From contig OZ004612.1 in NCBI GenBank assembly GCA_963924565.1, forward strand, positions 21,080,001 to 21,144,000: DNA of 64,000 bases, in the 5' to 3' direction. Below are positions 1-20,729 of this stretch, piece after piece. A program made the translations under genes and the position numbers. This DNA comes from Ascidiella aspersa (taxonomy: Eukaryota). How positions within the stretch are numbered: position 1 is the stretch's first letter; each line of letters begins with the position of its first letter. A model generated the notes under the pieces. That model was not told the DNA's origin. It saw only the letters and a program-made list of their open reading frames with translations, and searched no databases.

Positions 1-471
1 CGCTTGATTGAACCATTTTATAGTTTAAAAAACACTGTATTAGACAAACGGTCTCTAAACTACCCCGACATGTTTGATCATTTTTCTTATTCTCATAATC
101 ACGCTAAAAAATTAAACTGCTAAACATGGAAAGAAAATACTCGAAGGAGCTCAACAAGGACAAAAAAGCAACTGCTGAATTGAGTACTTATATTTTGTTA
201 CATGCTTTGGCTAAAGTGAACCCCGAACGTTTGCAATACATTCAATATTCAGCCTCATTTTTTTAAACGCCTTACTAAAACGTGATATATATGTATGATA
301 AAGTGTAAAGTAGCTTTCTTCGTTTTAATGTAGTATACAGACCAATTTTTTTATTGTGTTACTGACCTACAAGTTGTGTGTGTTCCTCAGATATTTACAG
401 TTATGTTCTACGTCTACGATCTTGACCTTACGTTTCTACACATTTACATAACTTTTGATTTATAAAGAGAT

Positions 472-477
472 TTTATT
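472..477 (-). terminator. Polyadenylation signal AATAAA of trypsin 1
   Basis: AATAAA ~65 nt after the stop codon, at the same position in copies 2 (8268-8273) and 3 (14715-14720). Confidence 0.7.
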
Positions 478-541
478 GCATGATAATTAATTATTTATGT
501 ACGGTGCACGAATACACGGCGTTTGTTTACCACTAAACAAC

Positions 542-3192
<2,651 letters not shown>

Positions 3193-3270
3193 TCTTTCGG
3201 GTTAAGCTTTCGTAGGATTTCCTTTGGAACTTCTATACGAATTAAAAATTTCCCGTTTGCCAGACCTTAA

Positions 3271-3395
3271 TATATAGCAAATAGGACAGATCGCATGTTT
3301 GTCTAATAGCTGTATTTTTAGGAGGTGGCGTGTCTCGTTTCTTCGAAATGTGGCGTGCGAAGAGTGGCTGGTGTTCAGTTCAAACAGAAGAATGT
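3271..3395 (-). promoter_or_regulatory. Trypsin 1 core promoter: TATA box plus conserved upstream block
   Basis: TATATA at 3271-3276, ~80 nt above the ATG. Block ~3308-3392 is almost identical to 10525-10609 upstream of trypsin 2 and contains GTGGCGTG twice. Confidence 0.6.
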
Positions 3396-6300
3396 GCTAC
3401 GCTTTTATTATACTGTAAGTGAAAATTTTTAATTAGGTTCTCTTAAATGAATTATTATTTGTTACATTGAACGGCAAATGGTTAACATTTGGAATTTGTA
3501 TTTACTAAATATATAAATAAAATAGGCTGAATTGTTTAACATTATCCGAATCTTGGCCAGATTTGTCCTTGCCCATTAAATTCGCCACGGAGGTATAAGT
3601 AAGGATTCACAAACTTTTTAAAAACGCGGTTCCCTGGAAAAGATTTTTGGTTTTCTTGGACCAAGGTCTGTATCAACCCGTAAAGATGAAATCCAATTTT
3701 GACGTCCTAAAACCAATAGACTTAATTAATGAGCCGGCTGTTTTTGGTCTAACAAATATGAAATTAAAATGAAGTATAAAACATTTAGGAAGCCGCCAAA
3801 ACTTAAACGCCATTGTTTTAAAGAAATGTTTGCTTTTTGCAAATTATACACCAATATTTCAATTAGGTTTTATGGAACGCCTTAAAGTTTTCATGTATCC
3901 CAAAAAGGACCTAGTTATGGACTTCTGGTTTAAGTCCTGAATAAGTATATGTTCCGGCACATTACATGCATTTAGAACACCATTTTAATATATAGGATAT
4001 AACTATTCCAGTTGAAATTGACCAACATTAAATAAGTTATTAAAGGAATCATGCCCTTCTCGAAGGTTATATTTCATTCATCCACCAAACTAAATTCGTT
4101 AAAAAGCGTGTCACAAAACTCATCACCCACAATACGTGGGTGGAAAACATTTACATTTTTTTACTTGAGTCAATATAGTCCAAATAAATCGATTATGTCG
4201 AACATCGAGCCGGGATTGGTTGAATGATATACATTAATATATAGGAAAAATTAATATCTCCAAATATATTTGGCTTTGATGTCCGCCGGCCAGACGTATG
4301 TTCTTTGCAAGAGAGAGACAGAGCGATATTTGCGAAGCAGCCCTGTCTCAAGTAAAAGACTTTTCGGCATTTTTAGATATAAAGAAATTGATTTACCCAG
4401 AAGTAAAATAAGTGACTCTTTTATTTCAAGTATTGCGCTCGCTTAAGGCGCAATTATAGGGTAACCAAGTTAACAATATATTATGTTTTGCAGCGTTTTT
4501 TTCACTTTCAAACGGTTTAGGCATTTTTCTTGAGTGGCACAATTAAGTATTACGTATTTTCTAAAATATTACGCAAGTTGAATTATAACTGCTACCACAC
4601 ATCCAACATATTTTCATTATTACGTGATTGCTTCAATGCCACGCTAGTCGAAATATTGCTGCTACAACGTCGGCCGTATTTTAAAAAGATTCACGCTTGT
4701 TCGCGATACCCAATCGGTAAATATTAACGGATGTTCACTACGTACAGTATGTGTGACGTAGGCTACTTAGCCAATTGTTGTACGACAAGTTTTTAGCCGA
4801 CTAATTTAAGAGAAACAACACACAATACGGAGTTTGGTTGCAATGTAAATTGACACAAAAATTTGTTTAAATCGGGGGTTCTTAAACTTTTGGATCGCGA
4901 AAAAAAAAAATTATCGCCCTACTAATTAAATTAAAAGTTAAATTGTATGAAATATAACATATTTAGATAAATATAGATCTAGACATCGCATAGACAGTGC
5001 AAAGAGGCGCTTAAAATTAAAACATTCAAATAAGCGAAAGTTGTTCGACATCTTTTAAGTTTTTGTTCCTTCGTGACCTGGGTCAACACGTTGATGTCAT
5101 GTGGAGCGTTTGTGCATGAATAACTTAGCAAGGCGATGCAAAACCAGGCCTACCATGTTTGAACGGTTGCAGAAGGGATGACAGACCAAGATTGACCTAA
5201 CCCCAGTCAAACAACCTATTACTATGCCATTTTAAGACAAAACCCATCAAATTGGATCGGCCGGGGCCCATGTTAAAAACGTTCGAGTTTCTGTTGTCAA
5301 CGAAAAAGAGCCAAACAGGTTCGAAAAATCATCAAGGCTTCAACACCAGCTCGCATATTTAACTTGGACAGAACTTGAACATCCTATCACTTAACGTTAA
5401 AGCAGGAATTCTTAAACTTTTTTAAAGATGACGTCATAAATTTACGTCACAACACAAATGAACTTTAGAAATCTGCTGTTTTCGTTCCAAAAAATGTTAG
5501 AGTTGTTGAATCAAATATTTATAACCAGCCGATGATTCGGAATTATTGTCTATAGAGGGAACATTAAAGTTTTCTAATGACGTCACAAAACAAGTAAACA
5601 TAAAGACTGCGTGTTATCGATCGAATACTTGCGCATATGTGTAACTAAAATCAAATCTGAAAACCGGGACTGTGAAGTTGGAAACGGAGATTTTTATTTC
5701 GCGGAAGTCGGACTCTTGGCTCGCCTCGAGGCACGAGAAAGTTTATACGCAAGAAGATGCGGTCGATCCCCGAGTGAAATTTCGACTACAAATTCAGAAC
5801 AAAGAAAGTCGCAAACTGTAATTTGTAGAATGGAATACGATGTTATGGTGGGATATTTTAAAACCACGTACTGCGGGTGGATGAGTAAAAAATCAACGTT
5901 ACTTTAATTAATATTCATATTTTTTTTTATAAAATTACGAACATGGCGTAACTTAACTCTGTAAAATATAAGATGGGACGTTATGCTGGAGTGAACCGCT
6001 TTTGTTTACAAGTTCGGGCTCGGTTAACGTTCACCTTCTTTCAACTTATTCAGTTCAGTCCCAGTTCGGCTCCTTAAAATCTTACAAAAAGATGGTTCAG
6101 GTTCGGTTAAGGTTAAAAAAAAATTGACTCAAAACCGGTTCATAAAGTTTCGGTTCGGTTCCGGTTCGACTCCCTGATCATACCACGTCGTAAATGATTC
6201 TTTTCTTTGAAATATGCATTTATTTTGTTCTAACAAGTCATCAGCAATACATCAATTAACTGGCATACATAAAAAAATATAGTTTAGTCTTTTGTTTAAA

Positions 6301-6560
6301 CAATAATATATAATCCAGCCTAATAGGATTTTATTATTAGAGGTTATTACAGGTTTTAAATGATTACTATAAAAACAATTATCAGCCTATGTAAGAATAT
6401 ATCTATACCAAAGACGTAAAATACCAAAAATAGCCTTTATAATGCAAAATAATTCATTCCAAAATAATTTTTGGGCATTGTAAAGAATAGTGGATGAAGA
6501 GCGGGCAAATAGTTTATTGGATTTACTTAAAAGACCCGACTACTAGCGTATCTGTTAGAT

Positions 6561-7254
6561 CAGTGGTCTCCAATCTGTTTAATAAGCAAACCCAATTTAA
6601 ATAAAATGAAAGCAGAAATTACATTGCGACCCCATGTTTTCAGATAGGTATACCAATGCCAGATAACTTTTGCTATGAGCACCAAAATGATTTATTTTAG
6701 AAAGTTTTATTTAAATTATGATTTTGAATTTAGCACACTAACGAACACAAAAAATTCAATTTGTTTCAATAGTAAATTGCATTTAGTATGGTGGTTGCGC
6801 CTGCATAGTACTATTCACAAGTTTCTGAAAACGCGGCTCCACTTTGCATAAGCATAATCGCCAATCTCTACTCCCTGCAAGCGATTTACGATGTTTCGTT
6901 CTTAATATTCTCATTGACCGGAATTAAACAATGTCTCGTGAAGAGTAGTTTACTCACAAAGTTGGACAGAGTTGGATAAGTTAATTACATCGAAGTCTAA
7001 AAGTACATACTTATTTGCTAAAATCTTTGTAACCCAAGAGCTCTTAAGACTTAAAACATCTATTTTCATGTAGAATAAACACATGCTTATATTTGCTATG
7101 TACTCAAGTTACGTTTATTAGTGTGACGTCATTGTAAAGAAAACAACATAAATAAATCGCACTAAAACAGCAGAAATATGGTGAATTATGGCGATCCCAG
7201 AAAAAATTTAGGCGACCACACTCGGCGTCGCGGCCCACAGGTTGAAGACCACTG
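6561..7254. mobile_element. hAT-type MITE
   Basis: TIRs CAGTGGTCTCCAA...TTGAAGACCACTG; perfect 8-bp TSD TGTTAGAT on both sides. Confidence 0.88.
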
Positions 7255-8336
7255 TGTTAGATCAACACGTTTGTTTTGTTACTAGGTTTATTAAGTTTAA
7301 CCCACCACGCTTTGTCAATAAAGATAACTTTTTAAAGTGCCATTTTGAAGTAAGGCTTACAATACAATAAAAGTCCCGTTGACCCACATCTTATATTAAA
7401 TTCTGGTGACCTCAATGTGCATTGATATAACCACCAATTTAAACGGACTAAACGTGACTAGAAAGTAAAAAAAAAAAAACATTTTCAACCAGGGCAAAAA
7501 CTGTTGTGTCAACATAGTTAAAGTTGCAAGAAAATATTTCAGGGGTCCATGGCCTGATGTTAAGAAATATTTGAAATTTGCTGTATATAGGTGGTACACA
7601 AACACTGCAAAAACTTTCCAAATCAATCAGGAAAAGTTTAGAGATGTTCAACGGATTAACGTTTGAGGAGCCTGGGACCTAATGTGTTGGCAATTTATAA
7701 ACAGTCAGATGATAATATAACATTAACCATTCATTCACCCCTATTTTATGGTTCACCCTTGTAAAAGATTTATTCACGATCGACTCAATCATTTACCAGT
7801 TAAACGCTGTCGTAGATAAGCGGTCGCTAAACAACACCAGGGTTATTTTGCTTATTGTCTTAATCAAACTAGAAAAATTAAAACTGCTAAATATGGAGCA
7901 TGATATTCGCATAAGCTCAACAAGGACGAGGCCAAACAAGCTTACAAATTTCCGTTGTACAACCGCTGAATTGAGTACTTATACTTTGTTACACCCTTTT
8001 GTTGAAGTGAAACCCGAACGTCTGCAATCCAGCCTTCATTCGTTTTACGCTTAACTAAAACGCTATGTACTTTCATGATTTGTATGATAAAGACTAAAGT
8101 AGCTTTTTGCTTTTTAGTTTAATATACAGACCATCTTTTTTAAATTGCTGCTCAAAATTGAAATGCTATACTAAAAGTATAGTGGATGTTCCTCTGATAT
8201 TAACAGTTATATTTTATGATCTTGCCTTTACGTACACATTTACACAACTTTTAAATTATATAGAGATTTTATTGGATAATTAATCACTCATGTACGATGC
8301 ACGAATACACGGCGCCGTCGTTTCTCACTAAACAAC

Positions 8337-10408
<2,072 letters not shown>

Positions 10409-10486
10409 TCTTTTGGATTAGAGTTTCGTAGGATTTCCTTTGGAACTTATGTACGAATTGAATATTTCCCGTTTACCTGACCTTAA

Positions 10487-10492
10487 TTTATA
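10487..10492 (-). promoter_or_regulatory. TATA box of trypsin 2
   Basis: GCTATAAATTAAGG on the minus strand at the same spacing as in copies 1 and 3. Confidence 0.6.
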
Positions 10493-10667
10493 GCAAATTT
10501 GACAGACCCCAGTGTTTGTTTTGTAGCTGTATTTTTAGGAGGTGGCGTGTCTCGTTTCTTCGAAATGTGGCGTGCGAAGAATGGCTGGTGTTCAGCTCAA
10601 ACAGAAGAAGATTAGCAGTCACGTACAACTTTAGTTTAACGTCTTTCGAACAAATGACGCTGTAGCT

Positions 10668-10840
10668 CAGGGGTGGGCAATTATTTTTAACCGCGGGCCA
10701 CATGAGAAATTTAAAATGTTGTCGCGGGCCGGGTCAAATAGAGGATCTCAAATGCACGTAACTATGACGTCATACTACGACGCTAAAAAAATAAATAAGC
10801 TAACCGACTTGTTATTACGTTAAGAGTTGTGCACAAATGT
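10668..10840 (+). mobile_element. Truncated left end of hAT MITE family A
   Basis: CAGGGGTGGGCAATTATTTTTAACCGCGGGCCAC... is the reverse complement of 13325-13496 and matches the start of 62671. Confidence 0.75.
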
Positions 10841-11971
10841 TTTCCTAGTTTGACCGGCGCCGTTAGACCTTTTTGACTCTGTTTGCGGTTAGTGGTGGGT
10901 AATGGGTGGGGTTAGAAAATGTGCTGGGGTTAAAATTATAAGAGGAGTTAGTGTTACGGACAAATTAACAATATTTATATAAGTTTTCTATGCTTCTCTG
11001 TCAAGTGCAACCATGCGTTACGGTATGATTCCTTTGTGTATTTCGGCTTTGTTTTCGCACCCCTTTTTTTTAACAATAAAGAAACGTCCTTAATTTTAAG
11101 TGAAATCACACTTTAAAGTACGTCGGAGTGAAACGGCTGAAATAATATTTTAAATCGCAATCGCGAGTCCCTCATACCATATTGAAAACGAAAGAAGAAA
11201 TATTCGACATCGCATGGGCAGTGCAAAGAGGCGCACAAAAGTAAACTCGCTTTAAGCGAAAGTTCTGCGATATATTTTAAGTTGTCTTTCTTTCGTGACC
11301 CGGGTCAACAGATGTTATGTGAAGGCTTTTGTGCTTGAATGAAGCAGCAAAGCGATGCAAACCCAGAAACCATGTTTGAACGGCTGCAAGAAGAGATGAC
11401 AGACCAAGACTGACCTAACCCCCAAAAACAATCTATTACTATGCCTTTTTAAGACAAAATCCATCAAACTAGGGTGTTTTGCAATTTACACTCGATGTAG
11501 GAACAAGATTAACGCAAAGCGCAAAAAATATTTGCTATTTCGTAGTTAAAATAGCTAGAAAATATAAGATATCGCTCAGTTCCCAGTTTGTATAATAGGT
11601 CGCGAGCCGGATGATTTGCGTGGCGGGCCGGATCTGGCCCGCGGGCCGTAAGTTACCCACCCGTGATCCAGGACCACAATCCCAGGATGTGAAATGGCAA
11701 AAAAAATAATCATGAAATATAAGGAAGTTCAATATGCAAAAAAGAGTTAATAAAGAACTTTCTATCAATTAGAACATAATGTGCACGTATCTGCATTCAA
11801 AATTGACCCAACAAATTGTGAACGTTTGTAAACCCCGAAATTCAATCTTGCTGAACCGCTCACTATCGTCTTTAACCACCCTACTATATATCTAAACATG
11901 TTTGGTAGCAATCACATTGTTGAATCAAATATTGATAACCAGCCGATGATTTGGAATTATTGTCTATAGAG

Positions 11972-13496
11972 CAGACCTGGGCAACATACGGCCCGCGGGC
12001 CGGATCCGGCCCGCCAGGCAGTTTAATCCGGCCCGCGGCTTAGTTTTCTTAAAATACATAAGCCGAGCGAAAACACAGGGGACTTTCTACATGTTTGGTT
12101 GTATCGTTAACACTATTTCTAGGGACGGATCCAAACTTTATTTTAAGCCTGTTTTAAAGACTAAAATGATTTTTTTTGCGCGTCGCGCGAATCTTTTCTG
12201 TCTTTTTCGTATCTCCCACGAATTATTTGGCCATATTTACAGATTAAAAAAGTCCTCTACACTGGGGCACCCTCTCCAACAAAAGTTTAACAAACTTAGC
12301 CCTAATATATATATATATATAGATATATTGCGCTGCTTTCGAATCTATTCCGACTTTAAAATGTGAACGAAATACGGACTCTGAACTCTGAAACATACAA
12401 ATTCACGTTTGTCAGCCTAATTTAGTTAATGACATGTTGTGTATTTCTCCCGATTTATGCCTTCTTTGCAATATGGCCATTTTACCGAAGTATAACACAT
12501 CGTTAACTTAAAGCCTCACAAGCTGAAAAACATTGTAAGTTTTTTGTGGGAAATTTTTACGTATTTAACCTTAATTTTTTAGTCAACTCGACCCACAACT
12601 TGATAAACGCCAACATATCAAGCAATGTACATTTTTTATCTGTGCTCAATGCTTGACGTTACCCTCTATGTCTAAATTAAAATTTTCGTTTTAAAACAAA
12701 TGGCCCAGCGTTTCTTAACCGGTGCGCCGCGGCGCAGAAGGCTACCAGGTGCGCCGCGAACAAAAGGAATAAATAATGTAGGTCCTATTATACTATAATA
12801 TAAAACATATATTTTTTTACTTTCCTATTAAGCTTAGCTCATTGATTCCACAAGCCATTTAAGTAGAAAACGCAATAAGACCTACAAAGCAACAATATCT
12901 AAATCAGATAATTAATCTATAATAGGCTACCATAGTAGGCCTATTAAGACCACCGACATAATAACGCCATATTCGCAGTAATAACCACGACAGATTAAGA
13001 TCTAAAATAGTCAAGATAACACCTAAACACGAAATAAGTCCAAAATTAATCGGAACAAGATTTAAATGGACAAAATAAGGTTTTTAGTCTTAAAGGCTGG
13101 AGTCCCTTTAAAGATATGCAACTATGTAAAACCTATAATAAAAAAAGCAGGCAATTTAAGAGAAATACCGGTACACCTCAAAAATGTCGCGCTCGCTTCG
13201 CTCGCAAGGTGCGCCGCCCTATTTGCATATGTCTATAGGTGCGCCCTAAGTAAAAAAGGTTAAGAAACACTGAAATAGCCTATAGTCACATTTTTTCCTT
13301 TGTTTTAAATTCGACGTAAATTGCACATTTGCGCACAACTCCTAACGTAATAACAAGTTCGTTAGCTTATTTATTTTTTTAGCGTCGTAGTATGACGTCA
13401 TATTACGTGCATTTGAGATCCTTTTTTGGACCCGGCCCGCGACAACATTTTAAATTTCTCATGTGGCCCGCGGTTAAAAATAATCGCCCACCCCTG
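11972..13496 (-). mobile_element. hAT MITE family A, complete, carrying a nested MITE
   Basis: Ends CAGACCTGGGCAA...TCGCCCACCCCTG, perfect TSD CTATAGAG, CGGCCCGC subterminal repeats. The empty paralogous site is at 5550-5557. Confidence 0.9.
12706..13272. mobile_element. hAT MITE nested in the family A element
   Basis: TIRs CAGCGTTTCTTAACC...GGTTAAGAAACACTG; TSD AAATGGCC/AAATAGCC (7/8). Confidence 0.85.
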
Positions 13497-13891
13497 CTAT
13501 AGAGGGAACATTAAAGTTTTCTAATGACGTCACAAAATTATGTCAGAACGTGACGTCATAAAACAAGTAACTGCGTGTTATCGATCGAATTCATGCGCAG
13601 ATGTGTAACTAAAATCAAATCTGAAACCGGGACTATGAAATCGGAAAAGGAGATTTTTATTTCGCGGAAGTCGGACTCTGGGCTCGCCTCGAGGCACGAG
13701 AAAGTTTATACGCAAGACTATATGCGGTCGATCCCCGAGTGAAATTTCGACTACACATTCAGACAGCCGCAAACTGTAATTTGTAAAATGGAATACGATA
13801 TGGTGGGATACTTACTGCGGGTGGATGTGTATATTATAAACCACCTTTGAGTGGGTTTCTGAATATCCACCCTATTATAGGTACTATAGTC

Positions 13892-14254
13892 CAGGGGTCG
13901 GGAACCTTTTTAGCTAAGCGAGCATATAAGCCAAATATTCGTGGTTGTATTTCCATGAGAGCCAAAAAATGAATTAGTTTAGTTTGCGCAATTTTGATTA
14001 TGGAGTTCCGTTTAAAGAGTAGGGCCTTCTGGATATTAAAAGATCCCTACAAACGGATACGCGCGAAGCGCCGAAATTTGTTATTATGTGTGTTAAAAAA
14101 GGAAAAAAATACAGTCGAGTTAGGAAAGCGGTCGTGGCCGCGTGCAGTTTCATTTTATTAGTATTTTCTGCAAGAAAGATTCTTTCCTCAAAGAGCCATA
14201 CGGCGCCACAAAAAAGCCATATATAGCTCGCGAGTCATAGGTTCCCGACGCCTG
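13892..14254. mobile_element. hAT MITE
   Basis: TIRs CAGGGGTCGGGAACCT...AGGTTCCCGACGCCTG; perfect TSD CTATAGTC. Confidence 0.9.
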
Positions 14255-14782
14255 CTATAGTCGAATCGGAACTTGTATTAAGCTCATTGTTTGTTAAAAA
14301 GTAAAAATCGTTGTTTGGTGTTGTTTCCAAAATGGATCAATTGTCTGCAAAGTTAAGAATATAAGCTTCGTGTTTGTATCAACAGTGCGCATTGGGCGAA
14401 GTTACAGCTTTTAAGCTTACTCTTTCGTTTAAACAGTGTTAACACGAATAAGCAACGTTGTTTTGTGTTTAAAATGGACGGAGAGCACGCTACACTTGGC
14501 TATACCTTCACGATTTGTATGACTAAGTGTAAAGTACCTTTCCTAATACTATAGTCAAAATTGCTCAACAGCTTTTAACACTAACCTCATTTTTTCCAAG
14601 AAGGAATTAGAAGCTGTCGTGACAGTTTCTCTAGTTTGGATTTTGATATTGATATAAACTTTCCCCGCGTTTTGTTTTGCTACACGTTTCAACAAACACT
14701 TGAATTATTTTGATTTTATTGAATAATGATTACTATCAATGCGCGGTGTACGAATACACGGCGTCATTTCTCTCTAAGCAAC

Positions 14783-17532
<2,750 letters not shown>

Positions 17533-19343
17533 TCTTTCAGGTTAAGATTTCGTAGGGTTTCCTTGGGAACTTCTGTACGAATTGATTGTCTGCAAATTCT
17601 CTGCTCAATTTATAGCAAATTTTTCGGCGGCACGTTTACATTGCATTTCAGAAATAGATCTAGTGATCGTTCTACGTGTGAAACTAATCAGATGTTCTGG
17701 TCAACTGACCAGTAGGGTCAAATATTATAATGTATGCACCATGTCAACTTCTAACTGACGTGGGTTCCATATAGATTCTGCCGTATTTCGGCTTGCTTTA
17801 ACGATGTAAATGTAGTTTTATGCTTTTTTTCATACTTTTTACAAGTAAATTAGTACATTTAGAAGTCACTCTATATACTTTTCAATAAACGGTGTGCGTT
17901 TGATGTTGAGTGGATTCATTACAATACTTTGTTACAGGTTAGTTGACCAAGAATTTTGACGCCAAACCTAATATTTTAAACCTGAACTAAACTTTGTGAA
18001 AAAAAGTTTCCCGAACCTAAATTGGGACAAGGGCCGTAACATTTCAGTTGGTCCCGCTAAAAACTCTATGGCATATAAAATTAAAGCTGACGTCACAAAG
18101 TTACGTTAAAACTTGACGTCACAACGTTATGATTCTGACTTAAATCTGGACACTAAATCTGAAGAGAAATTCCATTTTTTGTCTATTTATACTATTTTTT
18201 ATGTGATTTGTAATACGGTGTTTGTGTCACTGGGGTAGAAAAATTATTTTCTTACCCTAACGCATGACAATTTTTAGGAATGACGTCACATCGTTGCGTC
18301 ATAATATGGCGTCTAAAACATGTAGGCCTACCTTGTAACGTAATCCAATTATTCGTTATTGTGCACAATAGGCAACTGAAATCTTGGTTTAAACACTTTC
18401 AGGGGGACGATGGGATGCCGGGTAAACAGAGAGGTGCTTCGGCAAAAACGAACATTTTCCGGCTTACGTTTACCACCTATGTGCCATACACCATACTTGA
18501 AGGGTAGCGTAGGTTTTACAAATACGGGAAGTGAGGTCGCGACTACAAAAAGATTACGAACACCTGCTTTCAGTTGACTAAAATCATTTTTTAGGATGCA
18601 ATAAGACACACGTTGCAGGTAGCAACGATTTTAATTGCGTCTGCTATGAAACGCTAGAATCATATCTATAATATTTGCAGATCGCAAAAAGGCTTGACTT
18701 GGATTTAAGTTATTTTATAAATAACTTGAATGAGACTTAAGTCATTTAAAAATGACTTGTTTACAACAATGACTAGCCATGATGCTCAGTGAAGTTCACA
18801 AGTGCGTGAAACGGGCGGTTGGATAAATCCTACAATGAACGAAAACGCTGCTCAAAGATTCTTCGTATATGTTGTGGAACGCAACCGCGCTATTCCCGAG
18901 CACGCGGCTCGAGGCATTCTTGTGTTATTTTAATTGCTATGCGTTGTTTGTGTGTACGCGCTTGATTTGTGCCTACTGCAGGAATGTCTGTTCACTTACT
19001 ACTACGTTACCATTTCATTTTATTGATTTCGACTAAATACAACCTAAAAAAAAAAAGTCAAACGTGATTGAAAACACAACAGTATATATTCCAAATAAAA
19101 CATTTACAAATATACTATCATAATTTTAGTATACAAGTTAAATGCAATGTATTCAGCAACGTCCCATTTGTTTTAGGTCCCAGGTTTTCTTGGGCATCTA
19201 CAACATTGTAGATGTCGTACAACCGAGCTCAATTACAATGATTCAATCCTGTATTAATGGTAAAGTAAAAATAACAGATAGGTTTCGTTTAACATTTTAT
19301 GTCACGTGATATTTTGACTTTATTGCTCCAGAAGACGTGTTAC

Positions 19344-19381
19344 ATATATATATATATATACATATATACATATATATATAT
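19344..19381. repeat. (TA)n microsatellite
   Basis: Interrupted TA dinucleotide run. Confidence 0.9.
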
Positions 19382-20450
19382 GTCACTGACGATTTTCAGT
19401 AGGTTAGAAATGGGTGCATGAATAAAATAGCGTCAAAACATGAGTGGCAACATCACAATTTATAAATAGGCCTCAGAAACATTTCGCGTGTTTGTATTTT
19501 AATTGACATGCTAAGACTATACGTATACTGTCTGTGCGAAGTTTATCATGTGGTGAAAGCGTACTACCAACGTAGGCTTGTACAAACATCGAAAAATTTC
19601 CGCTAATAGGCTGTTTTTGCTAAAAAGCCACCAGACTTAGTTGCTCTTATCTGTATGTTGCACAATACATTGTTAACTCCATGTATTTGACAGAGCTAAT
19701 TGAGCATAATGAAACAAAGAATTTTGTCAAAAAACTTCTTGCAGCCCCTGTCTTGGTTAAAATATAATAGTGTAATATAGTGGCTGGTGGTAGAACTTTT
19801 TATCCTATGCAGAATAATACGTATAATTTGTAACATGGTGTAAAAGGGCAAACTTATCAAACAGTTTACTTCAAACTTCTTACAGATTTTTTAATGCAAT
19901 TAGCAAGAGCAGCGCAAAATTATATAGTTGCCAATTTGCACAAGAATTTGTTTGGGACATAAACTCACTTACGGTAAAACTGTTTTTTTTAATTCTTTTC
20001 ACCTACAACGCCCAATATTTCGACACGTAAGTGATAAAAGTGTCTTATCACAAAAAACATTCAACATCTGTCAACATAAAACAAACACCATCGCGTTTTC
20101 CATTGGAGTTAAGCTTCCTTATCATTGCTTGTCGTATGATATTTTCGTCCTCGTTTACGGTAATTGCGATCATCGAATGCGTCAATAGCTTAAGTTATTA
20201 CGGGCGCGACATTCGCCTCTGGTCGCACGCGGAACGAGGGAAAACTTGCACCTGGATAGTTCGTCAGCACGATGATGAAATAAGTATAAGGTTATGAGCG
20301 GTGCTAGTGAGTTTGCATCGTGCTGCGTTGGAACTGCAATTCGTCACGTAGGCAATAATAGACGGTCTTACAGTTAAACTCATTTAGTGCGGTAATTTTA
20401 TCCAACGCAACTTATTCCTGGTGGATTATTTTAGTGTGTAGTAGTTAGAT

Positions 20451-20729
20451 CAGTGGTTCACAATTTGTTTCAGCATACTGCACACTAAAAAATTAAAACA
20501 TATTCGCGACACACTTTCTACCAAACAATGCAAATATAACTTAACAGTCACCTTTACTGCTCGACAAGGCCAAAGTTAAACCTGTGACACTATCAGAGAT
20601 AGACTGATGGTTTGTATTTAAGTCTATAGCACACTTGTCTGGATGCCTATTTGCTATACTAAACCATAATTACCAAAGTTCCCACGGCATATTTGAAAAT
20701 TTCTCATGGCACACCGTTTGAGAATCTCG
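20451..20729. mobile_element. Decayed hAT MITE
   Basis: CAGTGGTTCACAA...TTGAGAATCTCG; TSD AGTTAGAT/AATTAGAC (6/8). Confidence 0.55.

Noticed and set aside
4983-5250. Coding or transposase (pogo-like) remnant in the block repeated at 11205-11470
   Set aside because: Reading frames are not conserved between the two copies and the motif resemblance is too weak.
10668-13496. Composite transposon bounded by ~170-bp inverted repeats
   Set aside because: The flanks CTGTAGCT and CTATAGAG do not form a TSD, and the right end already belongs to the 11972-13496 element with its own perfect TSD. These are two independent family A insertions.
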